Of a stretch of DNA of 64,000 nucleotides, positions 48,814-59,082 are shown in pieces. Position numbers and translations under genes: made by a program. The notes under the pieces were generated by a model. That model saw nothing but the letters and a program-made list of their open reading frames with translations. It did not search any database and was not told the origin of the DNA. Every line of letters begins with the position of its first letter. Position 1 is the first letter of the stretch. The DNA is from Promethearchaeota archaeon (lineage in GTDB: Archaea; Asgardarchaeota; Lokiarchaeia; Sigyniarchaeales; SOKP01), in contig JAGXNO010000002.1 in assembly GCA_019894975.1 (NCBI GenBank), positions 32,001-96,000 of the forward strand, in the 5' to 3' direction.

Positions 48814-50595
48814 ATGACAAATAACAAAACTATTACTAAAAAAGGATTAGTTTTCATTTTTCTATTGTTTCTAAATATAATCTCGTCAGTGTCTGTTTCT
48901 TATTCAACAGTAAAAACATCGGATCCCCTCCCCGAACTTTCTTATTCATGGCAGGATACGGTGTTTAGTTTTTCTCAAGAGTTAGATTGGGAAAATGAAA
49001 CGGTTACTATTGAAGATAGTAGTAATTATTCAGAGGTATATAATTCGATTCATTATACCTATAATTATGTTATCAATCGGTATATTGTAGAGAATCGAAC
49101 CGTATATCATACGGCAAATTATTCTTCTGCAATTGAACGAGTAACTACCGGAAATATGACACTTAATATGAATACGGACGTTTACCGAGTTAATATTGAT
49201 TACGGCTCAGGAGTAAAGCTTATATGGTTTGCTATGACACGAGGAACAATTAATTATGAATACTATCTGAAAAAAGATGTAAAAAGTTATACCTATTATG
49301 AACAGAACGACCGCCATATCGTAAGCCATTTTGAGGAACGGGATTTATCTACTGATGTACTAACAGATGAGTGGGATGAGATCTCCGATATCCCTGGGGA
49401 AGTAAATACTACTGTATCAGATAAAAAGGAATGGTATCCCTTTTTTAAGCGTTTATATTGGTCGGCAGACATGGTGAAACCAATGATATTAACCGTCCAA
49501 ATCTTCAATACTGAAAAGAACGATAAAATCGCGTGGGCTCATTTATTTCACGAGCTCTTTATATTTAAAGATAAGAATTCGGATTCCATCCTCACGATTC
49601 ATGATGAGGAAGAGTCGACTTCCCTTCCTACTATTGCTACTGGTACTGAGTTTGCGGGGATTGTGAACCCAATGGCGATAAATCAATACACCGAAAGGGA
49701 CACAAACGAATCGACACCTACACAGTCATGGAGTAGTTTTCCTTCCGATAAGCCGTTAGAAGAGATTGCTTCACAAATTGAGTTTATTCCGCCCACAGAA
49801 ACGTCAACTGCCAATGTGTCATGGGGAATTAAATATCCGAATACTCCGCTTTATTTAGGTCTCTTTGATAGCGAGCAACCTGGGAACAATTATGGTATCC
49901 CTTACAATGCCACCTATGAAGATATGTCTCCAACAAACCTTTCTTATGGGTTTGATTTTAAAGTAGATGAGAGTGAGGCAAATTTAGATATAACTTGGGA
50001 GATGGGAAAGCTCACCAATACTTCGGCATATAACGCAGTTCAGGGCTATGGATTAGTTATGCCCCAATATAACTTCTTCCTTTCGAGTTTTGATATTGAT
50101 GAAGTTGATCAACCGTTTTTATCGGTACCTCGAGATACGTTTTCCTTCATGTCAAATGATACGGTTGTTGCCGAAATTAATATGGGAGCAAGTAAGAAAA
50201 ATTATACACTTTATAATTCTACCGCAAGCATGGAATCTGTATTTCCCTCAGCGGGAGGGAGTATTCATAAAAATGTACTTCAGTTTGTAAGTGAAAATTC
50301 ATTCTACGATAATCCTTTAATAAACGGGATATTCACTTTACGAGACGCGGTCGCTGCAGACACTTCATTTATCGTTCAAGACGACTTATTCAGTATGGAA
50401 ACTCAGAACTATCCTATATGGAGTGGAGAAAAAATCGTCCATGATCCTTCTCTGATAATATATCATGGAGAACCACCAGAAAGTCCTGCTGATGACGAGG
50501 CGATTCCGGGTTATAATCTTCCTCTATTAATAGGGGTTGTAGGTATAATGACTAGCATTATTGTACGAAAGTACCGAAATAAACATAACTCATAA
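48814..50595 (+). CDS. Secreted surface protein with IPGY sorting signal
   Basis: Signal peptide; HDP motif; EAIPGY-TM-RKYR. Confidence 0.78.
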   Translation: MTNNKTITKKGLVFIFLLFLNIISSVSVSYSTVKTSDPLPELSYSWQDTVFSFSQELDWENETVTIEDSSNYSEVYNSIHYTYNYVINRYIVENRTVYHTANYSSAIERVTTGNMTLNMNTDVYRVNIDYGSGVKLIWFAMTRGTINYEYYLKKDVKSYTYYEQNDRHIVSHFEERDLSTDVLTDEWDEISDIPGEVNTTVSDKKEWYPFFKRLYWSADMVKPMILTVQIFNTEKNDKIAWAHLFHELFIFKDKNSDSILTIHDEEESTSLPTIATGTEFAGIVNPMAINQYTERDTNESTPTQSWSSFPSDKPLEEIASQIEFIPPTETSTANVSWGIKYPNTPLYLGLFDSEQPGNNYGIPYNATYEDMSPTNLSYGFDFKVDESEANLDITWEMGKLTNTSAYNAVQGYGLVMPQYNFFLSSFDIDEVDQPFLSVPRDTFSFMSNDTVVAEINMGASKKNYTLYNSTASMESVFPSAGGSIHKNVLQFVSENSFYDNPLINGIFTLRDAVAADTSFIVQDDLFSMETQNYPIWSGEKIVHDPSLIIYHGEPPESPADDEAIPGYNLPLLIGVVGIMTSIIVRKYRNKHNS

Positions 50596-50670
50596 TAACT
50601 CATAATTTTTTCTTTCTTTTTTATTTTTTCTTTAAATTTATAGCTCATAAATAAGGAGTAATATAAAATT

Positions 50671-51846
50671 TATATATAGGGTTTTTAATTATCTATGATA
50701 AGAACAAAAATTTAGGTAAAAACATTATGAAAGCAACACGAAAATTATTTGCAATTAGTCTCTTTGTCATGACTTTGAGTTCTCTGTTCCTAATTACCTT
50801 AGTCCCTGCCCAAGAGATAATTTATGAGGGTGTTGATACCCAGAAAATTCCAGACTTCTCGATTTATCCCTCAGAACGATATATTTGGAATATTTCGGGG
50901 GGAGCGGGTTTCCAAGATGAGGAGTATCGTATAGATCATATTATCAAATCCAATAGAACAGACGAGTTTGAACCAGATTTCGCTACTTACCCCGTAGACG
51001 GGACGAGTGTGTGGGCTGACAGATATGTGATGAATAGTACTTCCAGTGAGATTATTAACCTTGAACCGGAATTACAGGTTATATATTGGAATGAAACAGA
51101 AGATCCTACTAACTTTTATTATCTTCCATTTGAAAGCAGCGCTGTAACGTCAGATAATTTGATCGATTATTGGCGTGATGATCTATATAATCTAGAGGGC
51201 CCTTTTGAAAATGTTCAGAGCTATTATAATATCTACTCTTTCAAGCTTTGGAATGAGTCTTCTAATAACGCCTATATGTTTGTGAATTATTCAAGTCAAG
51301 GAATACTTCAATATATGGAGGCATTTGATGTTAGTATCTTCATGCCAAACATTACTTTGATGTCGCAACCAGCGCAATTACAACCAGCATTTTCTTTTGT
51401 CACTGCTAGCGGCCTCTCGACTGTGACTTCAACGCAGATTTCTCTTGATCTTACAATACCTACTGCTGATAATAATAATGACGGGCTCCCTGATACTGAC
51501 TACCAGTACCGCGTTTTCGAAGATGGAGTTTGGTCAAATTGGAATGTAGTGACTTCTTTTATCAACTATGACCTCGGATCAGTTCCGGCGGGGAATTACA
51601 CTCTTACTGTCGAAGTTAAGAACATGTACGGGATAACTCAAGAGCAAATCGAAGTCGAATATATCCCTTCAAGCAGTGATGCGATTCCCGGTTTTTCTGC
51701 TGTGTTGATATTAGTGATATTAGGATTTAGCGTAACCATTTTACTAAACAAGTATCGAAAAAAGATGTAGCTTAAACTCTTAATTTCTTTTCTTTTATTC
51801 TTTTTTTATAGTTCTTTGATAATATTTTCTACTCCAGTAATATTTG
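50671..51846 (+). repeat. Duplicated module 2; partner at 45087-46296
   Basis: Same upstream, C-terminal coding and downstream sequences as module 1. Confidence 0.85.
50727..51770 (+). CDS. Secreted surface protein, paralog of 45145-46224, with IPGF sorting signal
   Basis: Near-identical C-terminal domain from LMSQPAQL onward. Confidence 0.8.
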   Translation: MKATRKLFAISLFVMTLSSLFLITLVPAQEIIYEGVDTQKIPDFSIYPSERYIWNISGGAGFQDEEYRIDHIIKSNRTDEFEPDFATYPVDGTSVWADRYVMNSTSSEIINLEPELQVIYWNETEDPTNFYYLPFESSAVTSDNLIDYWRDDLYNLEGPFENVQSYYNIYSFKLWNESSNNAYMFVNYSSQGILQYMEAFDVSIFMPNITLMSQPAQLQPAFSFVTASGLSTVTSTQISLDLTIPTADNNNDGLPDTDYQYRVFEDGVWSNWNVVTSFINYDLGSVPAGNYTLTVEVKNMYGITQEQIEVEYIPSSSDAIPGFSAVLILVILGFSVTILLNKYRKKM

Positions 51847-51886
51847 ATAAGCTAAAAAGTATATTTAATAAAACTGAGATAAAACA

Positions 51887-53155
51887 TCAAAATACAGTTT
51901 TCTTATGCTTTTTTTTAATTTTCCACCAGATCCAGATTATCAATCCTATTCCAAACAAAATTGCTACTGTAATACCTATTACAAGCGCCCCGATTTCTTG
52001 TGGTTGAAGATTTGAGTCAATCACAGTAATTTTTATCACATAATCAAACTCATATTCAGCGCCAGTATTATAGCTAAAAGTTGGATTTGAAAATTCACTA
52101 ATTATGCTAGAAGGGGGAAAAAAGAAATTAGCTCCCACATTGGTAGCGAATCTTAGAAAATCAATTCTATTAAAATAATTTGTATTTGAGTTCCAGGTAG
52201 GATCACATGCAATCCAGCCGATATTTGGCACGTAATATTCAACCCAGGCGTGTGCTAATATGTTGGAAGTGTGTTCATTTGCGTAAAAAGTCCATTTTTG
52301 ACTAGATTTGGGGCGTATATCGGGATCAGTTGAGACTAAGAAGCCTGTTACTTTACGGGCAGGAATCCCTTGTATTCTTAAAAGGGTCACCATTAAACTT
52401 GAGAACTCGCTGCAATCACCTTCTAAATTAGTATATGCCCATAGGGCACCTTTTTCTTGTGCAGGAAGATGTCCATTATAATCAATGTTATCAGAAACCC
52501 AGGTAAAAATCTTTTTCGCTTTCTCAATGGGATTATCCCCTGCATCTACAAGCCTTTGAGATAATTCAATAAGAAGAGGATTATCTTGTTCATAATAAGG
52601 TTCTGAATAATTACAATAGAGTTTGAAGATCTCATCAGACATATCATATAATCCGATCTCTGAGTCATCAATGTCTGGAAATCTAATTTCATTTAATTCT
52701 ATAGAATACTTTTGGCTTAGAGATGCTTTAGGATTTAAAAATACAGAATTTACAGGCAATATGGTTGTGTTGAATGAATCATAAGTGTTATTGAATTTAT
52801 CGTGATGCCCCATAATAATATCCGCGGATTTGCAGCCCGTTATTTTATTATAGAGTAGTATTGTCTCTTGATAAGGTGGAGTATTTTTAGTTAATGTAGA
52901 ATTTGGGCCTCTATTATTTAACCGAGAAAATTTGAACATATAATTTCCGAAACCTAATTTATGAGTAAGAGAGAAATTGATTTCCATTTCATATTTCACA
53001 CTCTGAGTTATGAGATAATTAGAAATCTCATTTTCAGGAGAAGAAGAAAGAGATATTTGATTAGAAGAGGAAGTAGATAACTTTATTAAAGAAATTGGGG
53101 AAAATATTAAAAAAATCATACATGAAGCTTTAATATAAATTAATTTACTTTTCAT
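51887..53155 (-). CDS. Membrane-anchored transglutaminase-like protein
   Basis: GDCSEFS, GIPAR.V.G, HAWVE, GW...DPT triad; signal peptide and C-terminal TM. Confidence 0.88.
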   Translation of the reverse strand: MKSKLIYIKASCMIFLIFSPISLIKLSTSSSNQISLSSSPENEISNYLITQSVKYEMEINFSLTHKLGFGNYMFKFSRLNNRGPNSTLTKNTPPYQETILLYNKITGCKSADIIMGHHDKFNNTYDSFNTTILPVNSVFLNPKASLSQKYSIELNEIRFPDIDDSEIGLYDMSDEIFKLYCNYSEPYYEQDNPLLIELSQRLVDAGDNPIEKAKKIFTWVSDNIDYNGHLPAQEKGALWAYTNLEGDCSEFSSLMVTLLRIQGIPARKVTGFLVSTDPDIRPKSSQKWTFYANEHTSNILAHAWVEYYVPNIGWIACDPTWNSNTNYFNRIDFLRFATNVGANFFFPPSSIISEFSNPTFSYNTGAEYEFDYVIKITVIDSNLQPQEIGALVIGITVAILFGIGLIIWIWWKIKKKHKKTVF

Positions 53156-56100
53156 TTCTTTTTATTCCGTCTCTCGAATGATTCCTGCTTCAATTCATCC
53201 AAATTTACCTTGTTATCGATTTGTTGCTTTTTAGATTCTGTTTTTTTGATTGTTATTCTTTCACCTCTATTCCTTGGTTTCATTTGTAGCCATCGTATGC
53301 CCTTGATCGCCCCAATCATAAATAGTAAATTAATTCCTACACCTACCAAGGCTAGAATCCACCCGTTCCCCATTCCTGATTCCTCTGGTAACGGGGAGTC
53401 CGGTGCTCCTATATCAGTATTATACTGAAGCAAGAATAATCCCTGAGGGTAAAACTCATCATATAGTGTAATTTCTAGCTTGTAACTTCCATCAGTTTCA
53501 AATTCATAAAAGAAACTGAATTTAGAGAATTCTTCATAATCCTCCCGAGAAAAATTCTTACTTGTAAGGAAATAATTATCCCAGAACATATCTACAACAA
53601 TATTCGAATTATAAACAGCTTCAAAACCAGAAGAAAATATTCTAGACACATTTATATTAATTTCAAGGCTATCTTCGTCTTGTATCGGCTTGCATTCAAT
53701 ATTTTGTTCGAATTTTGTTTGAAACGAAATTGGAAATTGGCCAATTAGCTTATTATGATCATAAATAATCAAATTTCCTTCTACAGATGGATAAAATTTA
53801 GATTCTTCAGGTATCCTAAAATTAACTTGATATGAATTATCAAACTGTTTTTCCAAATCTAAAATTCCGAATTGAGCGCTTTCAAACCTCACAGAAGTCA
53901 GTTGTCCGTATTCTTCAAAAATTAAGTTGCTGAAAAAAGCAGTTATAGTATTGACGCTTCCTAATTTTACTGATTTCTTATAGTTGCATTGAATATAGAT
54001 ATGATCATTCCTTGCCATCTCACATATCCAAAGGAAAATATCTTGATTAATTGTTAGCTTATCTAAATTTTCATAAAATCCATTTATTTTCTCTGAGTAT
54101 AACTGACTTACTGAAGTACTGGTTAAACTAAGGTTGAACTCGATATTTAAATCCAAAATATCATCTATCTTATAAGAATAGTATATATTTTTGATATTAC
54201 CATAATCTATATTCTGTAGGATGAATGATGAAATATTATTCAAGTCTAAATCGAACAAATCAAGACTCTTGAGGATATATATCATGTAATAGTTATGTTC
54301 TAAAAGAGTTGCAGGATCGGATACATCATGCGGATTGAAATATATCATATCATTAATTTCGTACAGATTTCGTGTGAGATAACCATAAAGAGCGCCTTTA
54401 TTAAAGGATAAATCGACAATACTCCCAAGATCTAAAAAGGAGACAAGTAATTCTAGGGTTTTTATTGCATAATAGCTATATTCTAAGTGAATGCGACTAT
54501 CCTGATACTCAGAACCAAGGCTAGTGTAGGATGATTTTGGCAAGAATGCACCAAAATTATCGAATTCTGGATCAAGAAATTGGGAACCAAGAATGTTATT
54601 AACAAAAGGTAATAAATTATGCATCAACTCGAAGTCATCTAATTTAAACAACTTTTGGAGTGAATCCAGAGCTAAATATGTGGATTTATGACTAGAATAT
54701 AGTTTGGGGTATCCATGATATTCAATGGGATAAGATCTGAAATAATAGATAAGTTCTCCGTCTTTTATTACGCTTTGTAAAAAGCAATCCTCCATTGGTG
54801 AATCATAAAATCCACCTTCGATGATGCTATAGAGATATTGAATATCCAAATCCGTAATTTTACTGAATAAGTTAAAAGAATTAATGACAGAGGATATTAA
54901 ATCCATCGACATATAATCTTCAGAAAGAAGAGAATATCCTTTATAATTCTGATACATGTCAAGAGAATTTGCGATTTGATCTTTTTCCCCTAATGTTAAC
55001 AGACTTATGTCTCCCGATTCTTTTAGACAGCGAATAATCTGATATGTATCAATTAATTCATGTTGTTCCCGATAGATATGCTCTCCACTTAACATAACCG
55101 CTTGATCCCAATTTCCAATGGAATTGCGATTGTTTAATACGAAATTTGAGACCGCAGTTCTATCAATGGTAAATAATCCTGTTAAATCAGAAAGTTCTAA
55201 TCCAATAGCTGAAGTAACTAAATTAAGGGCACTACTGTATTCTCCTAATCTAAATTGATTATCATCAGAGTGATATAAACTTTCCAAATATAGATTAAAA
55301 ATATTCAGATTGATGCTATTTTCCATTCCAAAAATCTTTAGGCTCTTCAGAGCATAGTATGAAGAAAAGATATGCTCGAATGACATGAAAAGCGATCTAA
55401 AACTACTACTATGATCATTAAGAAAAGCCCCGAAACCCCAATCCGTATCGTCAGTAATTTGCAGCGAGTTGATAAACCCAATTATAGCGGTTCTCTCCCC
55501 ACTAAATCCGATCCAATCATTCATTAATAAATCTAAGGTTGTAATAGCGAAGAAAGTATTATCCAGAGTAGAGATATTAAGAGGTTCTTGTAATGTAGAG
55601 TCATAAGGCAGTCCTATAAATCCTGAGGTGATAGGATTGTAACAACTCCAAATGTAATCAATTGAAATCTGTAGATCTATTAAATCCAGACTATCTAACA
55701 TTTCTAAAGAGAGAAGGGCATAGCAATTCACTTCTAATAATGTAGTTAGCGGATAGTAATAATGAAAATTATTGAGATATCTATTTGAATATTGATCCGT
55801 GAAAATGTGAGTGGTATCATCATAGTGGGCCATTATATATTCTGCAACTTCTGTTTGATTGATCTGATCTAACTTTCCAATAGCATCAAGGACATACAAT
55901 GCGTAGTAGGTTGCTTGTAATGATGGTTCATAGACTTGAGATAAATAACCCTGAGTTGAATATTGATCTAATAGCTGTGTAAAGACTTCTTCGATGATTT
56001 CGTAGTTACTTTTTTGACTAGACAAGTAAGGTAAATCAGAAATCTCGTTGTTTTCCTGAGTATTCTGGTGAAAATCTAATGGATTATCAATACTTCCGTT

Positions 56101-56181
56101 AAAAAATACATAAAATGCTAATGGGAACGAAACTAACATTAAAATATTACAGCATACCAAAACTCTATTTAATTTTTTCAT
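53152..56181 (-). CDS. Large secreted protein with prenyltransferase/squalene-cyclase-like helical repeats
   Basis: Repeated TYYAL..L..L and G.F motifs; N- and C-terminal TM helices. Confidence 0.7.
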   Translation of the reverse strand: MKKLNRVLVCCNILMLVSFPLAFYVFFNGSIDNPLDFHQNTQENNEISDLPYLSSQKSNYEIIEEVFTQLLDQYSTQGYLSQVYEPSLQATYYALYVLDAIGKLDQINQTEVAEYIMAHYDDTTHIFTDQYSNRYLNNFHYYYPLTTLLEVNCYALLSLEMLDSLDLIDLQISIDYIWSCYNPITSGFIGLPYDSTLQEPLNISTLDNTFFAITTLDLLMNDWIGFSGERTAIIGFINSLQITDDTDWGFGAFLNDHSSSFRSLFMSFEHIFSSYYALKSLKIFGMENSINLNIFNLYLESLYHSDDNQFRLGEYSSALNLVTSAIGLELSDLTGLFTIDRTAVSNFVLNNRNSIGNWDQAVMLSGEHIYREQHELIDTYQIIRCLKESGDISLLTLGEKDQIANSLDMYQNYKGYSLLSEDYMSMDLISSVINSFNLFSKITDLDIQYLYSIIEGGFYDSPMEDCFLQSVIKDGELIYYFRSYPIEYHGYPKLYSSHKSTYLALDSLQKLFKLDDFELMHNLLPFVNNILGSQFLDPEFDNFGAFLPKSSYTSLGSEYQDSRIHLEYSYYAIKTLELLVSFLDLGSIVDLSFNKGALYGYLTRNLYEINDMIYFNPHDVSDPATLLEHNYYMIYILKSLDLFDLDLNNISSFILQNIDYGNIKNIYYSYKIDDILDLNIEFNLSLTSTSVSQLYSEKINGFYENLDKLTINQDIFLWICEMARNDHIYIQCNYKKSVKLGSVNTITAFFSNLIFEEYGQLTSVRFESAQFGILDLEKQFDNSYQVNFRIPEESKFYPSVEGNLIIYDHNKLIGQFPISFQTKFEQNIECKPIQDEDSLEININVSRIFSSGFEAVYNSNIVVDMFWDNYFLTSKNFSREDYEEFSKFSFFYEFETDGSYKLEITLYDEFYPQGLFLLQYNTDIGAPDSPLPEESGMGNGWILALVGVGINLLFMIGAIKGIRWLQMKPRNRGERITIKKTESKKQQIDNKVNLDELKQESFERRNKKK

Positions 56182-56246
56182 TGTTGCTTAACCATTTTTT
56201 ATTGTGTTTTTATACTAATTCTGTTTATTTATAAAAAAAAAATTAA

Positions 56247-56594
56247 TTAGAGATAGTCGAGTAAACCAATACCCCCTGCAATTAATCCCCAAAGGCCAAT
56301 CCAAACATTACAAATGAAAATTAAAAATATAGAAAAGGTGAGGAGGAGAGCCCAATTCCAGGGGAGAGGATCATTAGGTTTCAATGTGACAAGTAATATC
56401 AATGATGCAATGAACATGCCCAAAACATAACGAAAAAAACTATTCCACCTAAAGATTTGCTCAAAGAGAGTAAATACGTTATCGTAGGTAAAACGAATAT
56501 TATATATTTCCATGAAGCAAAAGTACAATCCAAGAACTCCACTTAAACCTGTAAGTATTTTCATCCATCTATCCATTTTATAATGATTAAACAT
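56247..56594 (-). CDS. Membrane protein
   Basis: Four hydrophobic segments; GAGGTGA Shine-Dalgarno. Confidence 0.7.
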   Translation of the reverse strand: MFNHYKMDRWMKILTGLSGVLGLYFCFMEIYNIRFTYDNVFTLFEQIFRWNSFFRYVLGMFIASLILLVTLKPNDPLPWNWALLLTFSIFLIFICNVWIGLWGLIAGGIGLLDYL

Positions 56595-56615
56595 TATTTT
56601 ATCACCTCAACCATT

Positions 56616-57245
56616 TCAATCAAATTCATAATCTAATATTTTAACCTGTAAAAAAGCCAATTTATCTTCTAATTTTTGTTTCAGATTCTCAATTTCTTGA
56701 TTATTTTTCTTGAATTCTTCTTTAGTGATGTTTCTTCTCATTTTTTCGGTAGTTAACCTGATCCTTTGGTCTTCCAGCATTATTAACTCCTCCCTTAATT
56801 CCAGAGAATAAGTAGAAGCACTGACTTTTAATTGTCTAATGCTATCTTGAATGCTTAGAATTTTTTTTAGGTAATGTCCTTTAGTTAGTTCAAATGTTTC
56901 TTGATCGATATGCTCTTTTTTTCGTTGTTTTATGAGATTTTGGATGTACAATTCGCATTCATTCAAATTTTTAGTAAGATCAAACAGATTGCTATTATCA
57001 TCGACTTTAGCTAAAAGATTTTTAAGTTGAGTGCTATTTTCCGTAATAAATACTTTTAATGCTTCGAATTTATAACCGATATTTAATGTTCTTCCTGATT
57101 TAAGCAGCTTTTCAACATATGTAAGTTTAGAATTTAATTGTTTTCTGACTTTTCTTAACCTGTAAATTTCAAATAGTAAATCTACTTGATTCGAATGTGT
57201 TAAATCTTGTATAGGCTTATTAGTTGATATTTCAGTCATAATCAT
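56616..57245 (-). CDS. Coiled-coil protein
   Basis: Heptad pattern; IDQETF and ITKEEF short motifs. Confidence 0.65.
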   Translation of the reverse strand: MIMTEISTNKPIQDLTHSNQVDLLFEIYRLRKVRKQLNSKLTYVEKLLKSGRTLNIGYKFEALKVFITENSTQLKNLLAKVDDNSNLFDLTKNLNECELYIQNLIKQRKKEHIDQETFELTKGHYLKKILSIQDSIRQLKVSASTYSLELREELIMLEDQRIRLTTEKMRRNITKEEFKKNNQEIENLKQKLEDKLAFLQVKILDYEFD

Positions 57246-57548
57246 GATCTATAAGGTTTATCAGGTTACTAGTGTCAAAGTATTTAAAAAAAAAAAGAAA
57301 AAAAGTTTAGGGGAACTTACTTTATGAAATTTTAGGGATTTAAATTTATTGAATTTTTAAAACTTATGCAGAATTTTTTAATTTTTTATAAATTTCCGGT
57401 AATAAATAACCCTTCAGGGCATTTCTAAATTTATAATAAATTTCCGGGTTCGATACTGATAATTCCATAGGTGTTTCTTAAGATACCCTCAAGAAAAAAG
57501 TTGACTATTATATCAACAATACTCAATTTCGAATAGAAAAGAATTAAA

Positions 57549-58520
57549 CTACTCAGGCTTTTCTTGAATAATTAATCTTTTTACTTGATTAATAAATGCC
57601 ACTCCTTCATGATTTTCAATTATTTTAACTGCTCCCGTGCCCCCAAATGTATGAGTAGTAGCATGATAAACAGATAAAACTAAATCTTGAAGTATTTGAT
57701 CATCTTCTAAATTGGAAATCTTTAAGCCTAGTCCTTTCGCTTCTTCAATTCCAATATGACGATCATGACTTAAAAAATTTTTATGATCTGATAGATATTG
57801 GGATATTTGTTTTGCTTTTTCATCACCGTCATTATCATCCTTAAACATATACTTTTTTAACCAATTTTCAACCAATTCTTTCGAAAGCCGAATAGAATTT
57901 TCGCATTCTACAAGAAGAGATGGTCCATAACCTCTAATAATGGGCATCCAGACACCAATATTTCTAGGATTTTCTATGCAATCCTCTTTTGCTTTTTCAA
58001 ATTGATCTAAAATAGAATGTGCTGGGGAGGCTCCTATTCTATCTAAAGTCTGATAAATAATTTGCGGATCTGTTGGACCAATGAATGAATTTTTTCCCAT
58101 AATTATTTCATCTGCACTACAAGCTAACATTGTACCTGCTGACATCGCTGCATGAGGAATAATAACGCGAATATACTTAAATTTAGATCTTAAATATGTA
58201 ACCAGAGCTTCTGTTGCTGTTGGTGAACCTCCAGAAGTATGTAATATTATATCAAGATTTTCTCCTTTTAATCCATGAATTACAGTCATAAAACCTTGCA
58301 TATCTTTATCATTTACCATTAATAAGTTCAGAGGAATTTCACCTGGTTGAGTCCAATTAGAGGCATATAAGATTGTATTCCTCGTAGTCTTTTTGTTTAA
58401 TAGTTTGAGATACTTTCTTCTTATTATATCAAAAGGACTTTTTTTTGAGGGTGGTTCTTTATTTTTTAAGTTTTCAGCTAGTTTCTGAATTTCAGTTAAA
58501 ATGACACTCCAATTAGGCAT
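57549..58520 (-). CDS. ClpP-class serine protease (S49/SDH_sah family)
   Basis: LDIILHTSGGS, AMSAGTMLAC.ADEIIM....IGP.DPQ, SH.R.I...EA..LGL. Confidence 0.88.
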   Translation of the reverse strand: MPNWSVILTEIQKLAENLKNKEPPSKKSPFDIIRRKYLKLLNKKTTRNTILYASNWTQPGEIPLNLLMVNDKDMQGFMTVIHGLKGENLDIILHTSGGSPTATEALVTYLRSKFKYIRVIIPHAAMSAGTMLACSADEIIMGKNSFIGPTDPQIIYQTLDRIGASPAHSILDQFEKAKEDCIENPRNIGVWMPIIRGYGPSLLVECENSIRLSKELVENWLKKYMFKDDNDGDEKAKQISQYLSDHKNFLSHDRHIGIEEAKGLGLKISNLEDDQILQDLVLSVYHATTHTFGGTGAVKIIENHEGVAFINQVKRLIIQEKPE

Positions 58521-58535
58521 CTTTCATCAAAATGA

Positions 58536-58712
58536 TTATTTAGTTGAATTTGTTGTTGTTAAAAAAAACTTTGTGTTATATTCTTTTAAATATTCTTCAG
58601 TTATCTTCGAAATTTCTTCAGATTGACCATAAATCTCCATTAATTCAGATATTCCTGCTTTCTCTCCTAACTTTATTAATTCTGAATAATCATCTTCAAT
58701 ATTTTTGCTCAT
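58536..58712 (-). CDS. 58-aa protein upstream of the S49 protease (not in ORF track)
   Basis: MSKNIEDDYSELIKLGEKAGISELMEIYGQSEEISKITEEYLKEYNTKFFLTTTNSTK; stop 15 nt before the protease ATG. Confidence 0.65.
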   Translation of the reverse strand: MSKNIEDDYSELIKLGEKAGISELMEIYGQSEEISKITEEYLKEYNTKFFLTTTNSTK

Positions 58713-59082
58713 ATGAAATCACAAATTCTATCTTTCTTATATGAAATAAATATTAAGACATTTAAATCATTTGGATCTTTAAAGTATAATTTCTAGTTAT
58801 GCTTAAAATATAAAAATATCGGATGATCGGAAGATCGAAAAGAATGAATAAAACGAATAATACATACATTCCGGTTTTGTCCAAAGAACTTGACAATGTT
58901 CATTACAATGATTCTAGGGACTGAACATTCAAACTGTGGAAATCTTTTAAATGATTAATATTAATAGTACAAATTATTAATATTTTTTAAGGTAAAATAC
59001 TATCATCATACTATAACTAAATATAATAATGGTTTAGACAATAATTTTGCTTAGAAAGTTATTATACTTCAAAGGTTAAAAA

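Noticed and set aside
50584-50606. Short CATAATAACT tandem repeat
   Set aside because: About two copies at a stop codon; simple slippage
45811-51770. Diversity-generating retroelement TR/VR pair
   Set aside because: No reverse transcriptase in the window, and differences between the repeats are mostly synonymous and not adenine-specific
56616-57245. CdvA-like assignment for the coiled-coil protein
   Set aside because: Only generic coiled-coil similarity; no PRC-barrel or neighbouring ESCRT genes
57364-57468. 34-aa ORF MELSVSNPEIYYKFRNALKGYLLPEIYKKLKNSA (minus strand) with repeated CCGGAAATTTAT
   Set aside because: No clear Shine-Dalgarno or recognisable motif; probably a gene remnant or chance
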